Below the pieces are notes generated by a model that searched no databases, was not told the origin of the DNA, and was given only the letters and a program-made list of their open reading frames with translations. From Campylobacteraceae bacterium (GTDB lineage Bacteria > Campylobacterota > Campylobacteria > Campylobacterales > Campylobacteraceae), in assembly GCA_047974135.1 (NCBI GenBank), contig JBKECC010000082.1, forward strand, positions 1,391-65,390: a DNA stretch of 64,000 nt, in the 5' to 3' direction. The translations under genes were made by a program, and so were the position numbers. This document shows, piece by piece, positions 51,087-61,380 of the stretch (positions within the stretch are counted from its first letter, which is position 1; every line of letters begins with the position of its first letter).

Positions 51087-52040
51087 ATGAGCGACAAAAT
51101 TTTAGATTTAGCAATCATAGGTGGCGGACCAGCTGGACTAAGTGCCGGGCTTTACGCAACAAGAGGCGGACTTAAAAACGTTGTTATGTATGAAAAAGGT
51201 GTTCTTGGCGGACAAATAACAAAAAGTAGCGAAATCGAAAATTACCCAGGTGCGATAGATGTTGTCTCTGGTTTAGAGTTAATGGAAAAATGGCCAGAGC
51301 AATGTATGAGATTTGGTTTAAAACACGAAATGATTACAGTTTTAAGAGTAAGTAAAAATAGTGATGAAACATTCACGCTGCTTTTAGAAGACAAAAGCGA
51401 AGTAAAAGCAAAAAGTGTCATCGTTTGTACCGGTGCAAATCCTAAAAAATCAGGCGTAAAAGGTGAAGATGAATTTTATGGACGTGGAGTTAGCTTTTGC
51501 GCAACTTGTGATGGATTTTTTTATAGAAATAAAGAAGTAGCAGTTTTAGGTGGTGGAGATGCTGCACTTGAAGAAGCACTATTTTTATCAAACCTTTGTT
51601 CGAAAGTTTATGTTATCCATAGACGCGATAGCTTTAGAGCTTGTCCTGCAACAGTTCATAGAGCACAGAGAGTTGATAAAATAGAATTTATTTTAGACTC
51701 AACAGTAAAAGAGATTTATGGCGACAAAATGGGCGTTAATGGTGTTATTTTAACTAACAAAGAAGGAGTGGATAGAGACTTAAAAGTTCCTGGAATCTTT
51801 GTATTTGTTGGAATGCATGTAAACAATGAAGTTTTAAAACAATCTGACGGTAGCTTTATCTGCGATATGAGTGAAGGTGGAGAAGTTGTAGTTGATATAA
51901 ATATGAAAACTTCAACCAAAGGACTTTTTGCAGCTGGAGATATAAGGATTGACGCTGCTAAACAAGTTGTTTGTGCCGCAGGAGATGGCGCGCTTGCTGC
52001 GATTAGAGCTATAACTTATTTAGAAACACTTCATCATTAA
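51087..52040 (+). CDS. trxB: thioredoxin-disulfide reductase
   Basis: GGGPAG FAD motif and CATC redox motif. Confidence 0.9.
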   Translation: MSDKILDLAIIGGGPAGLSAGLYATRGGLKNVVMYEKGVLGGQITKSSEIENYPGAIDVVSGLELMEKWPEQCMRFGLKHEMITVLRVSKNSDETFTLLLEDKSEVKAKSVIVCTGANPKKSGVKGEDEFYGRGVSFCATCDGFFYRNKEVAVLGGGDAALEEALFLSNLCSKVYVIHRRDSFRACPATVHRAQRVDKIEFILDSTVKEIYGDKMGVNGVILTNKEGVDRDLKVPGIFVFVGMHVNNEVLKQSDGSFICDMSEGGEVVVDINMKTSTKGLFAAGDIRIDAAKQVVCAAGDGALAAIRAITYLETLHH

Positions 52041-52053
52041 TATAAGGATATAA

Positions 52054-52824
52054 ATGATTAAAATCGGTATTCACGGCTCAACGGGAAGAGTTGGCAAAAC
52101 ACTTATAGAAAATCTAAAAAACGATAAAAACGCGGAGGTTTCATGCCTTCACGCGATAGACAAATTTAGTTTCAATATAGATAAAAACATAAAAGTCACA
52201 GATAGTTTAGAAGTTTTATTTGAAAATAGTGATGTGATTATAGATTTTACTTCACCATCTGGCACAACAGCACTATTAAAATATGCGCAAAGTTGCCCAA
52301 AACCTCTTGTTATTGGGACAACTGGTCTTGACGTTGAACAACTCTCATTTTTAAATAGAGTATCAGATAAAATGCCAATTTTATATTCAACAAATATGTC
52401 TTTAGGGGTTGCGGTTTTAAATCGTTTAGTTGCTCTTGCATCTAGTGCTCTTGGGGATTACGATATAGAGATAGTAGAACAACATCACAGACATAAAAAA
52501 GATGCACCAAGTGGAACAGCATTGACTTTGGGAGAATTTGCAGCTCACGCTCGTGGACTTGATCTTGCAAAGGTGAGAATAAGTGGGCGCGATGGGTTAA
52601 TCGGCGAGAGAACAAAAGATGAGATAGCTATAATGGCACTTCGTGGCGGAGATATAGTTGGTCGACATACGGTTGGTTTTTACAATGATGGTGAATTTAT
52701 AGAGTTAAATCATACAGCAACAAGCCGTGATACTTTTGCAAAAGGTGCTATAAAAGCAGCCAAATGGATAGTAAAACAACCAAATGGACAGTATCACATA
52801 AGTGATTGTTTAGGTTTAAATTAA
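52054..52824 (+). CDS. dapB: 4-hydroxy-tetrahydrodipicolinate reductase
   Basis: [12 protein letters not shown]-terminus and [15 protein letters not shown] motif. Confidence 0.85.
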   Translation: MIKIGIHGSTGRVGKTLIENLKNDKNAEVSCLHAIDKFSFNIDKNIKVTDSLEVLFENSDVIIDFTSPSGTTALLKYAQSCPKPLVIGTTGLDVEQLSFLNRVSDKMPILYSTNMSLGVAVLNRLVALASSALGDYDIEIVEQHHRHKKDAPSGTALTLGEFAAHARGLDLAKVRISGRDGLIGERTKDEIAIMALRGGDIVGRHTVGFYNDGEFIELNHTATSRDTFAKGAIKAAKWIVKQPNGQYHISDCLGLN

Positions 52825-52836
52825 AAGGGAAAGTTT

Positions 52837-54174
52837 ATGTGTGCTATTGTAGGAGTTATAAATTCAAAAGAGGCAGCTAAAGTATCGTATTATGCACTTT
52901 TTGCTATGCAACATCGTGGACAAGAAGCAACTGGCATTAGTGCATGTAATGATGACAAGATTAAAACTATTAAAAATAGAGGTTTAGTTACTGATGTTTT
53001 TCATGAAGAGTCTTTTGAAGTACTAAAAGGAAGTATGGCAGTTGGTCACAACCGTTATTCAACAGCTGGAAATGACTCTATTTTAGATGCACAACCAGTT
53101 TTTGCAAGATACTCTCTTGGGGAAATCTCTGTTGTTCACAATGGAAATCTTATAAACAAAAATGAAGTAAGAACAAATCTAATAGAAGATGGAGCTATTT
53201 TCCAATCTTCGATGGATACAGAAAATATAGTACATTTAATAGCAAAAAGCAAAAAAGAGCATTTGCAAGAGAGAATAGTTGAAATGCTAGATGTCATAAA
53301 AGGTGCTTACTGCTTACTTATACTTTCTCGCCACAAAATGTTTGCTATAAGAGACAAATATGGTGTTCGTCCACTGTCTCTTGGAAAATTAAAAGATGGT
53401 GGATATATAGTTGCAAGCGAAACATGTGCTTTTGACTTGGTGGGAGCCTCGTTTGTTAGAGATGTAAAACCAGGAGAGATGATAGTATTTGAAGCTGGCA
53501 AAGATGAGTACAAAAGCATACAACTTTTTGAGCCAGATCCTAGAATCTGCGCATTTGAATTTATATATTTCGCTAGACCAGATAGTGTGATTGAAGGCAA
53601 AAGTGTTTATCACGCAAGAATTAAAATGGGAAAGGCTCTAGCTCGTGCTTCAAAAATCAAAGCAGATTATGTTATACCCGTTCCAGATAGTGGTGTTGCT
53701 GCAGCTCTTGGATTTTCAAAAGAGAGTGGTATACCGTTTGAAAATGGAATAGTGAGAAATCACTATGTTGGTAGAACTTTCATTGAGCCAACGCAAGAGA
53801 TGAGAAATTTAAAAGTAAAACTAAAACTATCTCCAATTTCATCACTTTTGAAAGATAAAAGTATAGTTGTTGTTGATGACAGTATAGTTCGTGGAACTAC
53901 TTCAAAGAAGATAGTAGAACTTTTAAGAAATGCAGGAGCAAAAGAGGTTCACATGAGAATAGCTGCTCCAACCATCAAACATCCATGTCGTTATGGTATT
54001 GATACACCAAGCTATAAAGAGTTAATTTCTGCAAACAAAACCGAAGAAGAGGTAAGAGAGTATATAGGCGCTGATTCGCTTGAATTTTTAAGTATAGACG
54101 CTCTGGTGAAAAGTCTTGGAGACGAGAGAAAGTATTCATTGGTAAGCTTTGACGGTAACTACTTTATCAAATAA
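52837..54174 (+). CDS. purF: amidophosphoribosyltransferase
   Basis: MCAIVGV N-terminal nucleophile and PRTase domain. Confidence 0.9.
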   Translation: MCAIVGVINSKEAAKVSYYALFAMQHRGQEATGISACNDDKIKTIKNRGLVTDVFHEESFEVLKGSMAVGHNRYSTAGNDSILDAQPVFARYSLGEISVVHNGNLINKNEVRTNLIEDGAIFQSSMDTENIVHLIAKSKKEHLQERIVEMLDVIKGAYCLLILSRHKMFAIRDKYGVRPLSLGKLKDGGYIVASETCAFDLVGASFVRDVKPGEMIVFEAGKDEYKSIQLFEPDPRICAFEFIYFARPDSVIEGKSVYHARIKMGKALARASKIKADYVIPVPDSGVAAALGFSKESGIPFENGIVRNHYVGRTFIEPTQEMRNLKVKLKLSPISSLLKDKSIVVVDDSIVRGTTSKKIVELLRNAGAKEVHMRIAAPTIKHPCRYGIDTPSYKELISANKTEEEVREYIGADSLEFLSIDALVKSLGDERKYSLVSFDGNYFIK

Positions 54175-55141
54175 ACAAAATCTGCAAGAAATCCTAACAA
54201 TTGGTAGGTATTTTAGAAGAAAATATGACACAAATGTTTTTAAAGTGCCTATCTCAATTTCAGGATTTACTTGTCCAAATATAGATGGAACAGTTGCCAA
54301 GGGTGGCTGTATTTACTGCGAAAATGAGTCATTTAGCCCAAATCTTACAAAGGCTATGAATAGATTTAAGTTAAATCCACAAGTAAAAGAAAATCCTTTC
54401 ATTGATGCGCAGCTAAATCAACTTGAAGAGCAATACACAAAAACAAAGATAAAACTCGCCAAAAAACATAATGCAAAAAAGTTTATAGTCTATTTTCAAT
54501 CTTTTACCAACACTTACGCACCATTTTCTACACTTAAAGCCTTATATGACAAAGCTTTTGCACTTCCTGATATGATAGGTATAAGCATAGGAACAAGAAG
54601 CGATAGTATAAATGAAGAGATTTTGTCTTACTTAAAAGAAAAAAGCGAGAAGGAAAATAAAGAGGTTTGGATAGAGTACGGCGTACAATCTATCTATGAT
54701 GAAACCCTGAAACTTATAAACCGTGGTCATGGCTTTGAAAATGCAAAAGAGTGGATTTTAAAAACCAAAGAGTATGGATTAAACGTTTGTGCTCATGTGA
54801 TATTTGGACTGCCAAATGAAACACAAGAGATGATGTTGAACTCTTTTAAAGCAGTTTGTGATATAAGAGTAAATTCCATAAAAATTCACCCTTTATACAT
54901 CACAAAACATACAAGACTTGCAAGCCTTTATAAAAAAGGTGAATTTGTTCCAATGAGTGAAGAGTTTTACCTTGATACTTTAGTAAAAGCTGTAAAAATG
55001 ATGCCTAAAGATATCGTTTTGCAACGCATAACAGCAGGAGTTCCTGATGATACGCTTTTGTCACCTTCTTGGTGTTACGAGCCTCATACACAGAAAAACA
55101 ATGCTAAAAACGCACTAAAAAAAGCTGGATTTTTGTATTAA
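54149..55141 (+). CDS. radical SAM protein, TIGR01212/YhcC-like
   Basis: GFTCPNIDG...CIYC cysteine motif. True start may lie downstream of 54149. Confidence 0.7.
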   Translation: MTVTTLSNKQNLQEILTIGRYFRRKYDTNVFKVPISISGFTCPNIDGTVAKGGCIYCENESFSPNLTKAMNRFKLNPQVKENPFIDAQLNQLEEQYTKTKIKLAKKHNAKKFIVYFQSFTNTYAPFSTLKALYDKAFALPDMIGISIGTRSDSINEEILSYLKEKSEKENKEVWIEYGVQSIYDETLKLINRGHGFENAKEWILKTKEYGLNVCAHVIFGLPNETQEMMLNSFKAVCDIRVNSIKIHPLYITKHTRLASLYKKGEFVPMSEEFYLDTLVKAVKMMPKDIVLQRITAGVPDDTLLSPSWCYEPHTQKNNAKNALKKAGFLY

Positions 55142-55164
55142 ATCCTTTTACATATAAAAGGATT
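55141..55164 (+). terminator. AATCCTTTT-acatat-AAAAGGATT hairpin at radical-SAM gene end
   Basis: 9-bp perfect arms. The centre is a one-mismatch copy of the 12-bp palindrome (TTTACATaTAAA). Confidence 0.35.
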
Positions 55165-55183
55165 TGAGAATTTTGATAATATG

Positions 55184-55195
55184 TTTACATGTAAA
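55184..55195. repeat. palindrome TTTACATGTAAA (12/12)
   Basis: Intergenic after the radical-SAM gene. Confidence 0.9.
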
Positions 55196-55202
55196 GATTG
55201 GG

Positions 55203-55214
55203 TATTTGCAAATA
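55203..55214. repeat. 12-bp palindrome TATTTGCAAATA, copy 1
   Basis: Exact palindrome downstream of the small minus-strand gene. Confidence 0.6.
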
Positions 55215-55227
55215 TTTTTTCGTTTTT

Positions 55228-55455
55228 TTAAGCGTTAGCGAACTTATCAACTACGTATTTTACTTCACTTTCATCTGTTAGTGAAACTTTTGCTTTGTCG
55301 TCTGTTATTTTGTAGTCATAACATTTAACTTCTGTTCCAAATTTTTTATTCAAAAACTCATAAATATCTTTTCTTAGTCTACTTTTGTTGTCTTTTTTAA
55401 ACTCTTCAAGAGCATCAAGAACTGCTTTTTTTGTAATCTTTGCAACTTTTGCCAT
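55228..55455 (-). CDS. small hypothetical protein (75 aa, MAKVAKITKK...)
   Basis: ATG at 55453-55455 preceded by AGGGAG RBS. The ORF track shows a longer upstream extension. Confidence 0.45.
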   Translation of the reverse strand: MAKVAKITKKAVLDALEEFKKDNKSRLRKDIYEFLNKKFGTEVKCYDYKITDDKAKVSLTDESEVKYVVDKFANA

Positions 55456-55480
55456 AGCACATCTCCCTTTTAAATTTGTA

Positions 55481-55492
55481 TATTTGCAAATA
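55481..55492. repeat. 12-bp palindrome TATTTGCAAATA, copy 2
   Basis: Second exact copy about 25 bp upstream of the same gene's start. Confidence 0.6.
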
Positions 55493-55553
55493 CAAAACAA
55501 ATTATATCATTGAAAGATAATTTTTAAAAGAGTTTTATTTTATTTAAACTTTA

Positions 55554-56306
55554 TCAATTCATCAAAATCTTTATAAAAAGCAAGATGAGCACAAAAATTA
55601 TCGCATATCTTATGATTGTAACACCTTTTTTTATAACAAGTCCAGCTCCAACGTAGCTACCAAGCATGCTAAATATGCAAGCACATATTCCAAGAGGAAG
55701 TAAAACGTAACCATTATACAAAAAGACTACAAGAGCAGAAAAACTTGATGTGAGATTTACCAATCTTGAATTTCCAGTTGCTATTTTAGGGTCAATTTTT
55801 GCAATGCTTATATAAGCAATCACTAAAAATGTTCCAGTGCCAGGTCCAAAAAAACCGTCATAGATGCCGATAAAAAATGAAACTAAAGCAGAGTAGATAA
55901 GTGCTTTTTGTTTTGAGATATCAGTGGTCGTTTGTGTAAAACTTTTTTTCTTAAATATGTAAATAGCGACCAATGGAAGAGTTGCAAGCAAAAACTTATT
56001 CATGAAACTCTCACTAATTTCGATAACTATATTTGCCCCTACAAAAGAACCTATAAGTGCACAAAAAATTGATGGGATTGCCAATTTAAAATCTATAAAG
56101 CCATTTTTGTAGTATCTAAAAACAGATACTATTGAACCAAGCGTAGAGCTTAGTTTATTTGTTCCAAGTGCAAAATGCATAGGAATGCCAGCAATTAAAT
56201 ATGCAGGAAGTGCTATAAGTCCTCCGCCTCCAGCGATTGCATTAACAAACCCAGCAAAAAATATGAGAGGACATACTATGAAATAACTATAAAGCTCAAC
56301 TTCCAT
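55554..56306 (-). CDS. TauE/SafE-family sulfite/anion exporter
   Basis: 250-aa polytopic membrane protein with duplicated 4-TM halves. Confidence 0.7.
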   Translation of the reverse strand: MEVELYSYFIVCPLIFFAGFVNAIAGGGGLIALPAYLIAGIPMHFALGTNKLSSTLGSIVSVFRYYKNGFIDFKLAIPSIFCALIGSFVGANIVIEISESFMNKFLLATLPLVAIYIFKKKSFTQTTTDISKQKALIYSALVSFFIGIYDGFFGPGTGTFLVIAYISIAKIDPKIATGNSRLVNLTSSFSALVVFLYNGYVLLPLGICACIFSMLGSYVGAGLVIKKGVTIIRYAIIFVLILLFIKILMN

Positions 56307-56314
56307 AAGATGCC

Positions 56315-56326
56315 TTTACATGTAAA
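56315..56326. repeat. palindrome TTTACATGTAAA (12/12)
   Basis: In the 24-nt gap between the hisIE stop and the TauE start. Coordinates set from the ORF-track boundaries; my raw count of the text gave +1. Confidence 0.85.
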
Positions 56327-56330
56327 AAGG

Positions 56331-57002
56331 TTATTTCTTTGTTCTGTTGTTTTTCTCTTCTATGCCACTAAGTCCAAAGCGTCTGGCTAGCTCTTGCTCA
56401 AGTCTATCTGGATGTATATTTTTGTCGCCAAGAGCAACTAACATGTGAAAAAGAAGGTCAGCACCTTCGTAGATTATCTCATTTTCTTTATTGTCTTTTA
56501 CTGCAAAGGTAAACTCTCCAGCTTCTTCAACAACTTTCTTTAAGTATGAATTTTCACCTTTACTTAAAAGTTTTGCAACGTAAGAAGTTTCAGGATTTGC
56601 GTTTTTTCTCTCCAATATAGTGTGATAAAGTTTATCTAAAACCCCATAATGCAAGATGGTTTGTGTGTCAATGTTTTCATTTTTTTCTTTACATGTAAAA
56701 GCGTCTGTAAAAAAGCAACTTTTGTGTCCCGTGTGACAAGCAACGCCTATTTGCTCTACTTTCAAAAGAATAGTGTCAGCGTCACAATCAAGAATCATCT
56801 CTTTGATATTTTGGATATTTCCACTACTCTCACCTTTTTTCCAAATTCTCTGTTTAGAGCGTGAGAAGTAGTGGGCTATGCCAGTTTGTTGTGAAAGATT
56901 AAAAGCTTCTTCATTCATGTAGGCAAGCATCAAAACTTCATTGGTTACTATATCTTGTGCGATTGCTGGCACAAGTGGTGTTTTACTCCAATCAATTTTC
57001 AA
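56331..57002 (-). CDS. hisI: bifunctional phosphoribosyl-AMP cyclohydrolase/phosphoribosyl-ATP pyrophosphatase
   Basis: HisI N-terminal plus HisE C-terminal motifs. TTG start. Confidence 0.85.
   Translation of the reverse strand: MKIDWSKTPLVPAIAQDIVTNEVLMLAYMNEEAFNLSQQTGIAHYFSRSKQRIWKKGESSGNIQNIKEMILDCDADTILLKVEQIGVACHTGHKSCFFTDAFTCKEKNENIDTQTILHYGVLDKLYHTILERKNANPETSYVAKLLSKGENSYLKKVVEEAGEFTFAVKDNKENEIIYEGADLLFHMLVALGDKNIHPDRLEQELARRFGLSGIEEKNNRTKK
56688..56699. repeat. palindrome TTTACATGTAAA (12/12)
   Basis: Inside hisIE (minus strand), read as FTCK. Confidence 0.9.
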
Positions 57003-57018
57003 TGCTTATCCTTTTTGT

Positions 57019-58164
57019 TTATTGACCTACGGATGTAGTTTTTTGTTTATTTTTTGAATCAACCCAAATATTTGGAACTGCACCGCCTGGTGTTAAGAAA
57101 ATTTGAGCATCTTTATTGTCACGAAGTGCTTCGTTAAATTTTAATTGTGTCTCAATTTGTCTAAGTTCTAAAAGTTGACCTGTTAAGCTTTTTGCAACTT
57201 CTTTGTTTGCGTAGGCATTTGCATCAGCTTCAATTTTTACAGCATCAGCCTTACCTTGAGCTCTTGCTTTTGCAGCATTTGCTTCACCTTCTGCTTGAGC
57301 TACAAGTTTTTCAGCTTCTTGTTTTGCCCTCTGTACTTCATTTCTTGCAACTTCAGCTTGTTGTCTTGCTATTTGTACTCTCTCTATTTGTTCTCTGATA
57401 TTTTTAGGCAAAATAATTTCACGAAGTTGAATTGAAGTAACGATAACGGGACTATTTTTTTGTGCTTGTATACTATTTATGATACCAGCTTTGATTTCAT
57501 CTGCAAATTCGCTTCTTTTTTGTGGAATATCTTCCGCGTTATACTTTCCTGCTATTTCACGAACAACTTCACGAACCGTTGGGTCGATTATCTTGTTTTC
57601 CCAGTTTAAACCCCACTCAGCTATTGTGTTTGGAGCGTTTGTTCTGTCAAGTTGATACTGTATAGAAAGATCTATGTTAAAGTCCAAGTTTCTTGCATCT
57701 TTTGCTGAAATAGCCTCTTTGTTTATGATAGAAGCAACGGCGCTTGAATCACCACTTGAACTAAAAACTTTTTGCTGAGACTGTCCAATGCCACCAAGTT
57801 GTTCGGTTGAGCTGTAACTCATCATTCTAACTTTTGCATCAACTACAATGATATCTTGTAAGATTGGCATAAAGAAGTGAAGACCAGGAGCCAATGTATT
57901 TGGTGAATAAACACCTGTTGTTACTCTGATTCCAAGCTCGCCCGAGTTTACAATCTTAAATGGTCTTGCCATGATAAGAAGTACTAAAACAACTGCTATG
58001 ATGATAAAAGGCATAGCTTTTTTACTGTTAAAATCAACTTGAGGCATCTTCATGTTGAAGTTGTTGCCGCTTCCACCTCCAGAGTTTTGGTTATTGTTAT
58101 CACCGCCACCGCCACTGTTTCCACCGTTTCTTTTTTTGAAATAATCATTCAAATCAGCTGGCAT
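57019..58164 (-). CDS. SPFH/band-7 (HflK/C-like) protein with Gly/Asn-rich low-complexity N-terminus
   Basis: Band-7 core and C-terminal coiled coil. N-terminal GGNSGGGGDNNNQNSGGGSGNN. Confidence 0.75.
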   Translation of the reverse strand: MPADLNDYFKKRNGGNSGGGGDNNNQNSGGGSGNNFNMKMPQVDFNSKKAMPFIIIAVVLVLLIMARPFKIVNSGELGIRVTTGVYSPNTLAPGLHFFMPILQDIIVVDAKVRMMSYSSTEQLGGIGQSQQKVFSSSGDSSAVASIINKEAISAKDARNLDFNIDLSIQYQLDRTNAPNTIAEWGLNWENKIIDPTVREVVREIAGKYNAEDIPQKRSEFADEIKAGIINSIQAQKNSPVIVTSIQLREIILPKNIREQIERVQIARQQAEVARNEVQRAKQEAEKLVAQAEGEANAAKARAQGKADAVKIEADANAYANKEVAKSLTGQLLELRQIETQLKFNEALRDNKDAQIFLTPGGAVPNIWVDSKNKQKTTSVGQ

Positions 58165-58177
58165 ATATCTATTTCCT

Positions 58178-59098
58178 TTATTTTATATAAGTTAAAAAGT
58201 GCTCAAAACTTTTATCACGCCCGTAAACAACGTCAAAATATGCACTTTGTAATTTTTCAGTTATAGCTCCTCGTTTACCACATCCGATATCTCTTCCATC
58301 TACATTTCTAATTGGTGTGATTTCAGCAGCAGTTCCCGTGAAAAACGCTTCATCAGCAGTATAAACTTCATCTCTTGTTATCTTTCTTCTAACAAGTGGA
58401 ATGTTTAGTTTTTTAGCAATTTGGATAGTTGTATCTTGAGTGATGCTGTTCAGTGAGTAATCATTTGGTGGAGAGATTAAAACTCCATTTTTTACCATGA
58501 AAAAGCACTCGCCACTACCTTCAGCTACAAATCCTTCTTCATCTAAAAGCAACGCCTCATCATATCCAGCATCAACTGCTTCTTCATTTGCCATTTGCGA
58601 ATTTAGATAGTTTGCAGCAGCTTTTGCTTTGCCCATAGTTGATTTTACAGAATATCTTGAGTATGATGAAATTTTAACTTTAATTCCGTTTGTGATTCCA
58701 TCATCTCCTAAGTAACTACCCCATTCCCATGTTGCTACGATAACTTGTCTTGGAGCTCCTTTTGGGCTAACTCCCATCTTTCCATATCCTAAAAATATAA
58801 GTGGTCTGATATAAACATTTCCGTCATATTTGTTTGCACTTAATACATCGATTTGAGCTTGTTCTAACTCTTCAAGCGAGTATTTTGGAGTTATTAGAGT
58901 GATTTTAGCAGAATCCAGCAATCTCTTAGTGTGATCGCGAAGTCTAAAAATCGCCAATCCCTTATCTGTTTTATAAGCTCTTGTTCCTTCAAATACTGCA
59001 TTTCCATAGTGAAGAGTATGTGTTAAAACGTGAACTTTTGCCTCATCCCAAGGAATTAATTTGCCATCCATCCAAATAAATTCAGATTTTTTTAACAT
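58178..59098 (-). CDS. ilvE: branched-chain amino acid aminotransferase
   Basis: Class IV aminotransferase motifs, 306 aa. Confidence 0.9.
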   Translation of the reverse strand: MLKKSEFIWMDGKLIPWDEAKVHVLTHTLHYGNAVFEGTRAYKTDKGLAIFRLRDHTKRLLDSAKITLITPKYSLEELEQAQIDVLSANKYDGNVYIRPLIFLGYGKMGVSPKGAPRQVIVATWEWGSYLGDDGITNGIKVKISSYSRYSVKSTMGKAKAAANYLNSQMANEEAVDAGYDEALLLDEEGFVAEGSGECFFMVKNGVLISPPNDYSLNSITQDTTIQIAKKLNIPLVRRKITRDEVYTADEAFFTGTAAEITPIRNVDGRDIGCGKRGAITEKLQSAYFDVVYGRDKSFEHFLTYIK

Positions 59099-59222
59099 TG
59101 TTTTGCCTTCATTTTTAAAGTCTGTTTGTTATTAAAGTTTAAATACTACCTAAAAAATAATTAAAAGCACTTTTATAAACATAGCCATATAAGATTAATT
59201 GGCTATAATTTTGCACTTAAAG

Positions 59223-59234
59223 CTTACATGTAAA
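59223..59234. repeat. palindrome copy cTTACATGTAAA (11/12)
   Basis: 12 nt upstream of the tautomerase ATG, after a TATAAT box. Confidence 0.9.
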
Positions 59235-59245
59235 AGGAAAAAACG

Positions 59246-59464
59246 ATGCCTTATGTAAATATAAAAATCACAAAAGAGGGTGCAACTGCCAAACAAAAAG
59301 CAGAATTAATCAGTGGAGTTACAAAGCTTCTAGTAGATGTTTTGGGCAAAAACCCAAAAACTACAGTTGTTGTGATAGACGAAGTTGAAACTGACAATTG
59401 GGGTATTGGTGGCGAAGTAGTTACTGATATAAGAGCAAAAGTAAAACAAGCTCAAAAATGCTAA
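59246..59464 (+). CDS. 4-oxalocrotonate tautomerase family protein
   Basis: 72 aa with MPYVNIKI N-terminal Pro1 motif. Confidence 0.75.
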   Translation: MPYVNIKITKEGATAKQKAELISGVTKLLVDVLGKNPKTTVVVIDEVETDNWGIGGEVVTDIRAKVKQAQKC

Positions 59465-60345
59465 AAATCCCGCTTTCTTGCTTTAATATTTCAAACTATT
59501 TAACTACTTTTAAAATAGAAAATTTTTATCCTATTAACTACTCTGTTTATGATGAGCAAGCTATAAATATATTTTTTAGGAATAAAGATTGGCGAAGTGA
59601 AGCGATAGATTTTAAAGTTTTAAGCATAAGTGTTGATTTTTTTAAAGGGGATATTTTTGGAGTCGAGATTTATGAGATTGGAAAGCAGACAAGAAAGCTT
59701 TGGCATTTTAAAGAGTTTAAAGATGGCTATTTATTTTTAGGTGCAAATGTAACACAAGAAAATAATTATCATGAAGTAAATGCTATAATTTACGACAAAA
59801 GCTTTCAATTACAAAATGAATTTTCTCTTGGAAATGGTGTTGAAGATATCTTGATAAACAGAAAAAATGAGATAGTCGTTAGTTACTGTGATGAGGGAGT
59901 TTATGGCGATTTTGGAGTTAGTTCACACGGAGTTGTAAAGTTTTCAACAAGTGGTGAATTGCTTTGGGTAAATACAAAGCATAGAATTGATGATTGTTAC
60001 GCTATAAACTTTGATAGTGATGAAAATCTGTGGTTTTACTATTATGATGATTTTTATTTAATTAAAACAAATTTTGAAAAAGAGAGTATTTATGACCCCA
60101 ATATTACTGGTTCAAAAACATTTATGTTAAACAAAAAAATAGATAAAATCATCATGGATAAAGGGTATGATAAGCATGACAAATTTGTTGTAAAGTCTAT
60201 AAAAGAGGGCAAATTTGATAAAGGTGAAGAGGTTTTGTTTGCATGTAAAGATATTGAAATAAAGCCACAAACATATCTTTTTTATAAATCTTCGATTTTA
60301 TTTGTTGATAAAAATGAACTTTTTTTTGGAAAATGGCAAGATTAA
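59458..60345 (+). CDS. hypothetical protein
   Basis: 295-aa ORF, no recognisable motifs. Confidence 0.4.
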   Translation: MLKIPLSCFNISNYLTTFKIENFYPINYSVYDEQAINIFFRNKDWRSEAIDFKVLSISVDFFKGDIFGVEIYEIGKQTRKLWHFKEFKDGYLFLGANVTQENNYHEVNAIIYDKSFQLQNEFSLGNGVEDILINRKNEIVVSYCDEGVYGDFGVSSHGVVKFSTSGELLWVNTKHRIDDCYAINFDSDENLWFYYYDDFYLIKTNFEKESIYDPNITGSKTFMLNKKIDKIIMDKGYDKHDKFVVKSIKEGKFDKGEEVLFACKDIEIKPQTYLFYKSSILFVDKNELFFGKWQD

Positions 60346-60363
60346 ATTTTTAAGGAGAATATT

Positions 60364-60831
60364 ATGTTAAAAGTAGGCGACAATGCACCAAGCTTTAGCT
60401 TGAACGATCAAGATAGTAAAACAGTAACGCTGCAAAGCGTAAAAGGAAAATGGGTAGTTTTATACTTTTATCCAAAAGATGATACTCCAGGCTGCACAAA
60501 AGAAGCTTGTAGTTTTACTTCAAATTTACCAGATTTTGATGGGCTTGACGCGGTTATTTTAGGTGTGAGTAATGATGATGAAAAATCTCACCAAGATTTT
60601 ATAAAAAAATACAAATTAAAAATCACACTTCTCTCTGACGTGTTAGCCAAAACGTCAAAAGATTACGATGTATATAAACTTGTAAACAAAGACGGCAAGG
60701 ATATGATGAGAATAGTGAGAGCCACTTTTATAATAAATCCTGATGGAAAAATAGCAAAAACATGGTACACAGTAAGCGTTGATGAGCATGTTGAAGATGT
60801 TAGAGACTCGCTAAAAGAGTTACAAAAATAG
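60364..60831 (+). CDS. bcp: thiol peroxidase Bcp (peroxiredoxin)
   Basis: YPKDDTPGCTKEAC active site. Confidence 0.85.
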   Translation: MLKVGDNAPSFSLNDQDSKTVTLQSVKGKWVVLYFYPKDDTPGCTKEACSFTSNLPDFDGLDAVILGVSNDDEKSHQDFIKKYKLKITLLSDVLAKTSKDYDVYKLVNKDGKDMMRIVRATFIINPDGKIAKTWYTVSVDEHVEDVRDSLKELQK

Positions 60832-60832
60832 A

Positions 60833-60844
60833 CTTACATGTAAG
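60833..60844. repeat. palindrome core copy cTTACATGTAAg (10/12)
   Basis: Core starts 3 nt after the bcp stop. Confidence 0.85.
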
Positions 60845-60852
60845 GATAAATC

Positions 60853-61380
60853 GTGCCAAGAGCTTTGAGAAAAGATGAACTAATAAAATCTTCCCATGAG
60901 GCTTTTGATAAGCTTTGGATTTTAGTAGAGTCTATGAGCAGTGAAGAAAAAACAGCTTCGTTTTTGTTTGAAGATAGAGATAAAAACTTGCGTGATGTTT
61001 TTATACATCTCTACGAGTGGCATCAGTTATTGTTAAAATGGGTTAAGGCAAATAAAAATGGCGATAAAAAACCATTTTTGCCTGAACCTTATAGCTGGAA
61101 AACATACCCAAAAATGAATATAGAATTTTGGGAAAAACACCAAAATACGCCTCATAAAGATTCTGTAAAAATGCTCAAAAATAGCCACGAAGATGTTATG
61201 AGCTTGGCTAAAAGTTTTTCAAATGATGAACTTTTTACTAAAAAATATTTTTCTTGGACTGGAAGTACGAGCTTGGGAAGTTATTTTGTTTCCGCTACTT
61301 CGAGTCACTACGAATGGGCTATAAAAAAGATAAAAAAACAGATAAAAGAGTTAAAAAAATTTAAAGGAGAAAAACAATGA
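60853..61380 (+). CDS. ClbS/DfsB (DUF1706)-like four-helix-bundle protein
   Basis: GTG start. Overall similarity pattern to the DUF1706 family. Assignment tentative. Confidence 0.45.
   Translation: MPRALRKDELIKSSHEAFDKLWILVESMSSEEKTASFLFEDRDKNLRDVFIHLYEWHQLLLKWVKANKNGDKKPFLPEPYSWKTYPKMNIEFWEKHQNTPHKDSVKMLKNSHEDVMSLAKSFSNDELFTKKYFSWTGSTSLGSYFVSATSSHYEWAIKKIKKQIKELKKFKGEKQ

Noticed and set aside
57019-58164. Gly/Asn-rich N-terminus of the SPFH protein as a distinct feature
   Set aside because: Low-complexity tails are common in band-7 proteins. No evidence of a separate function.
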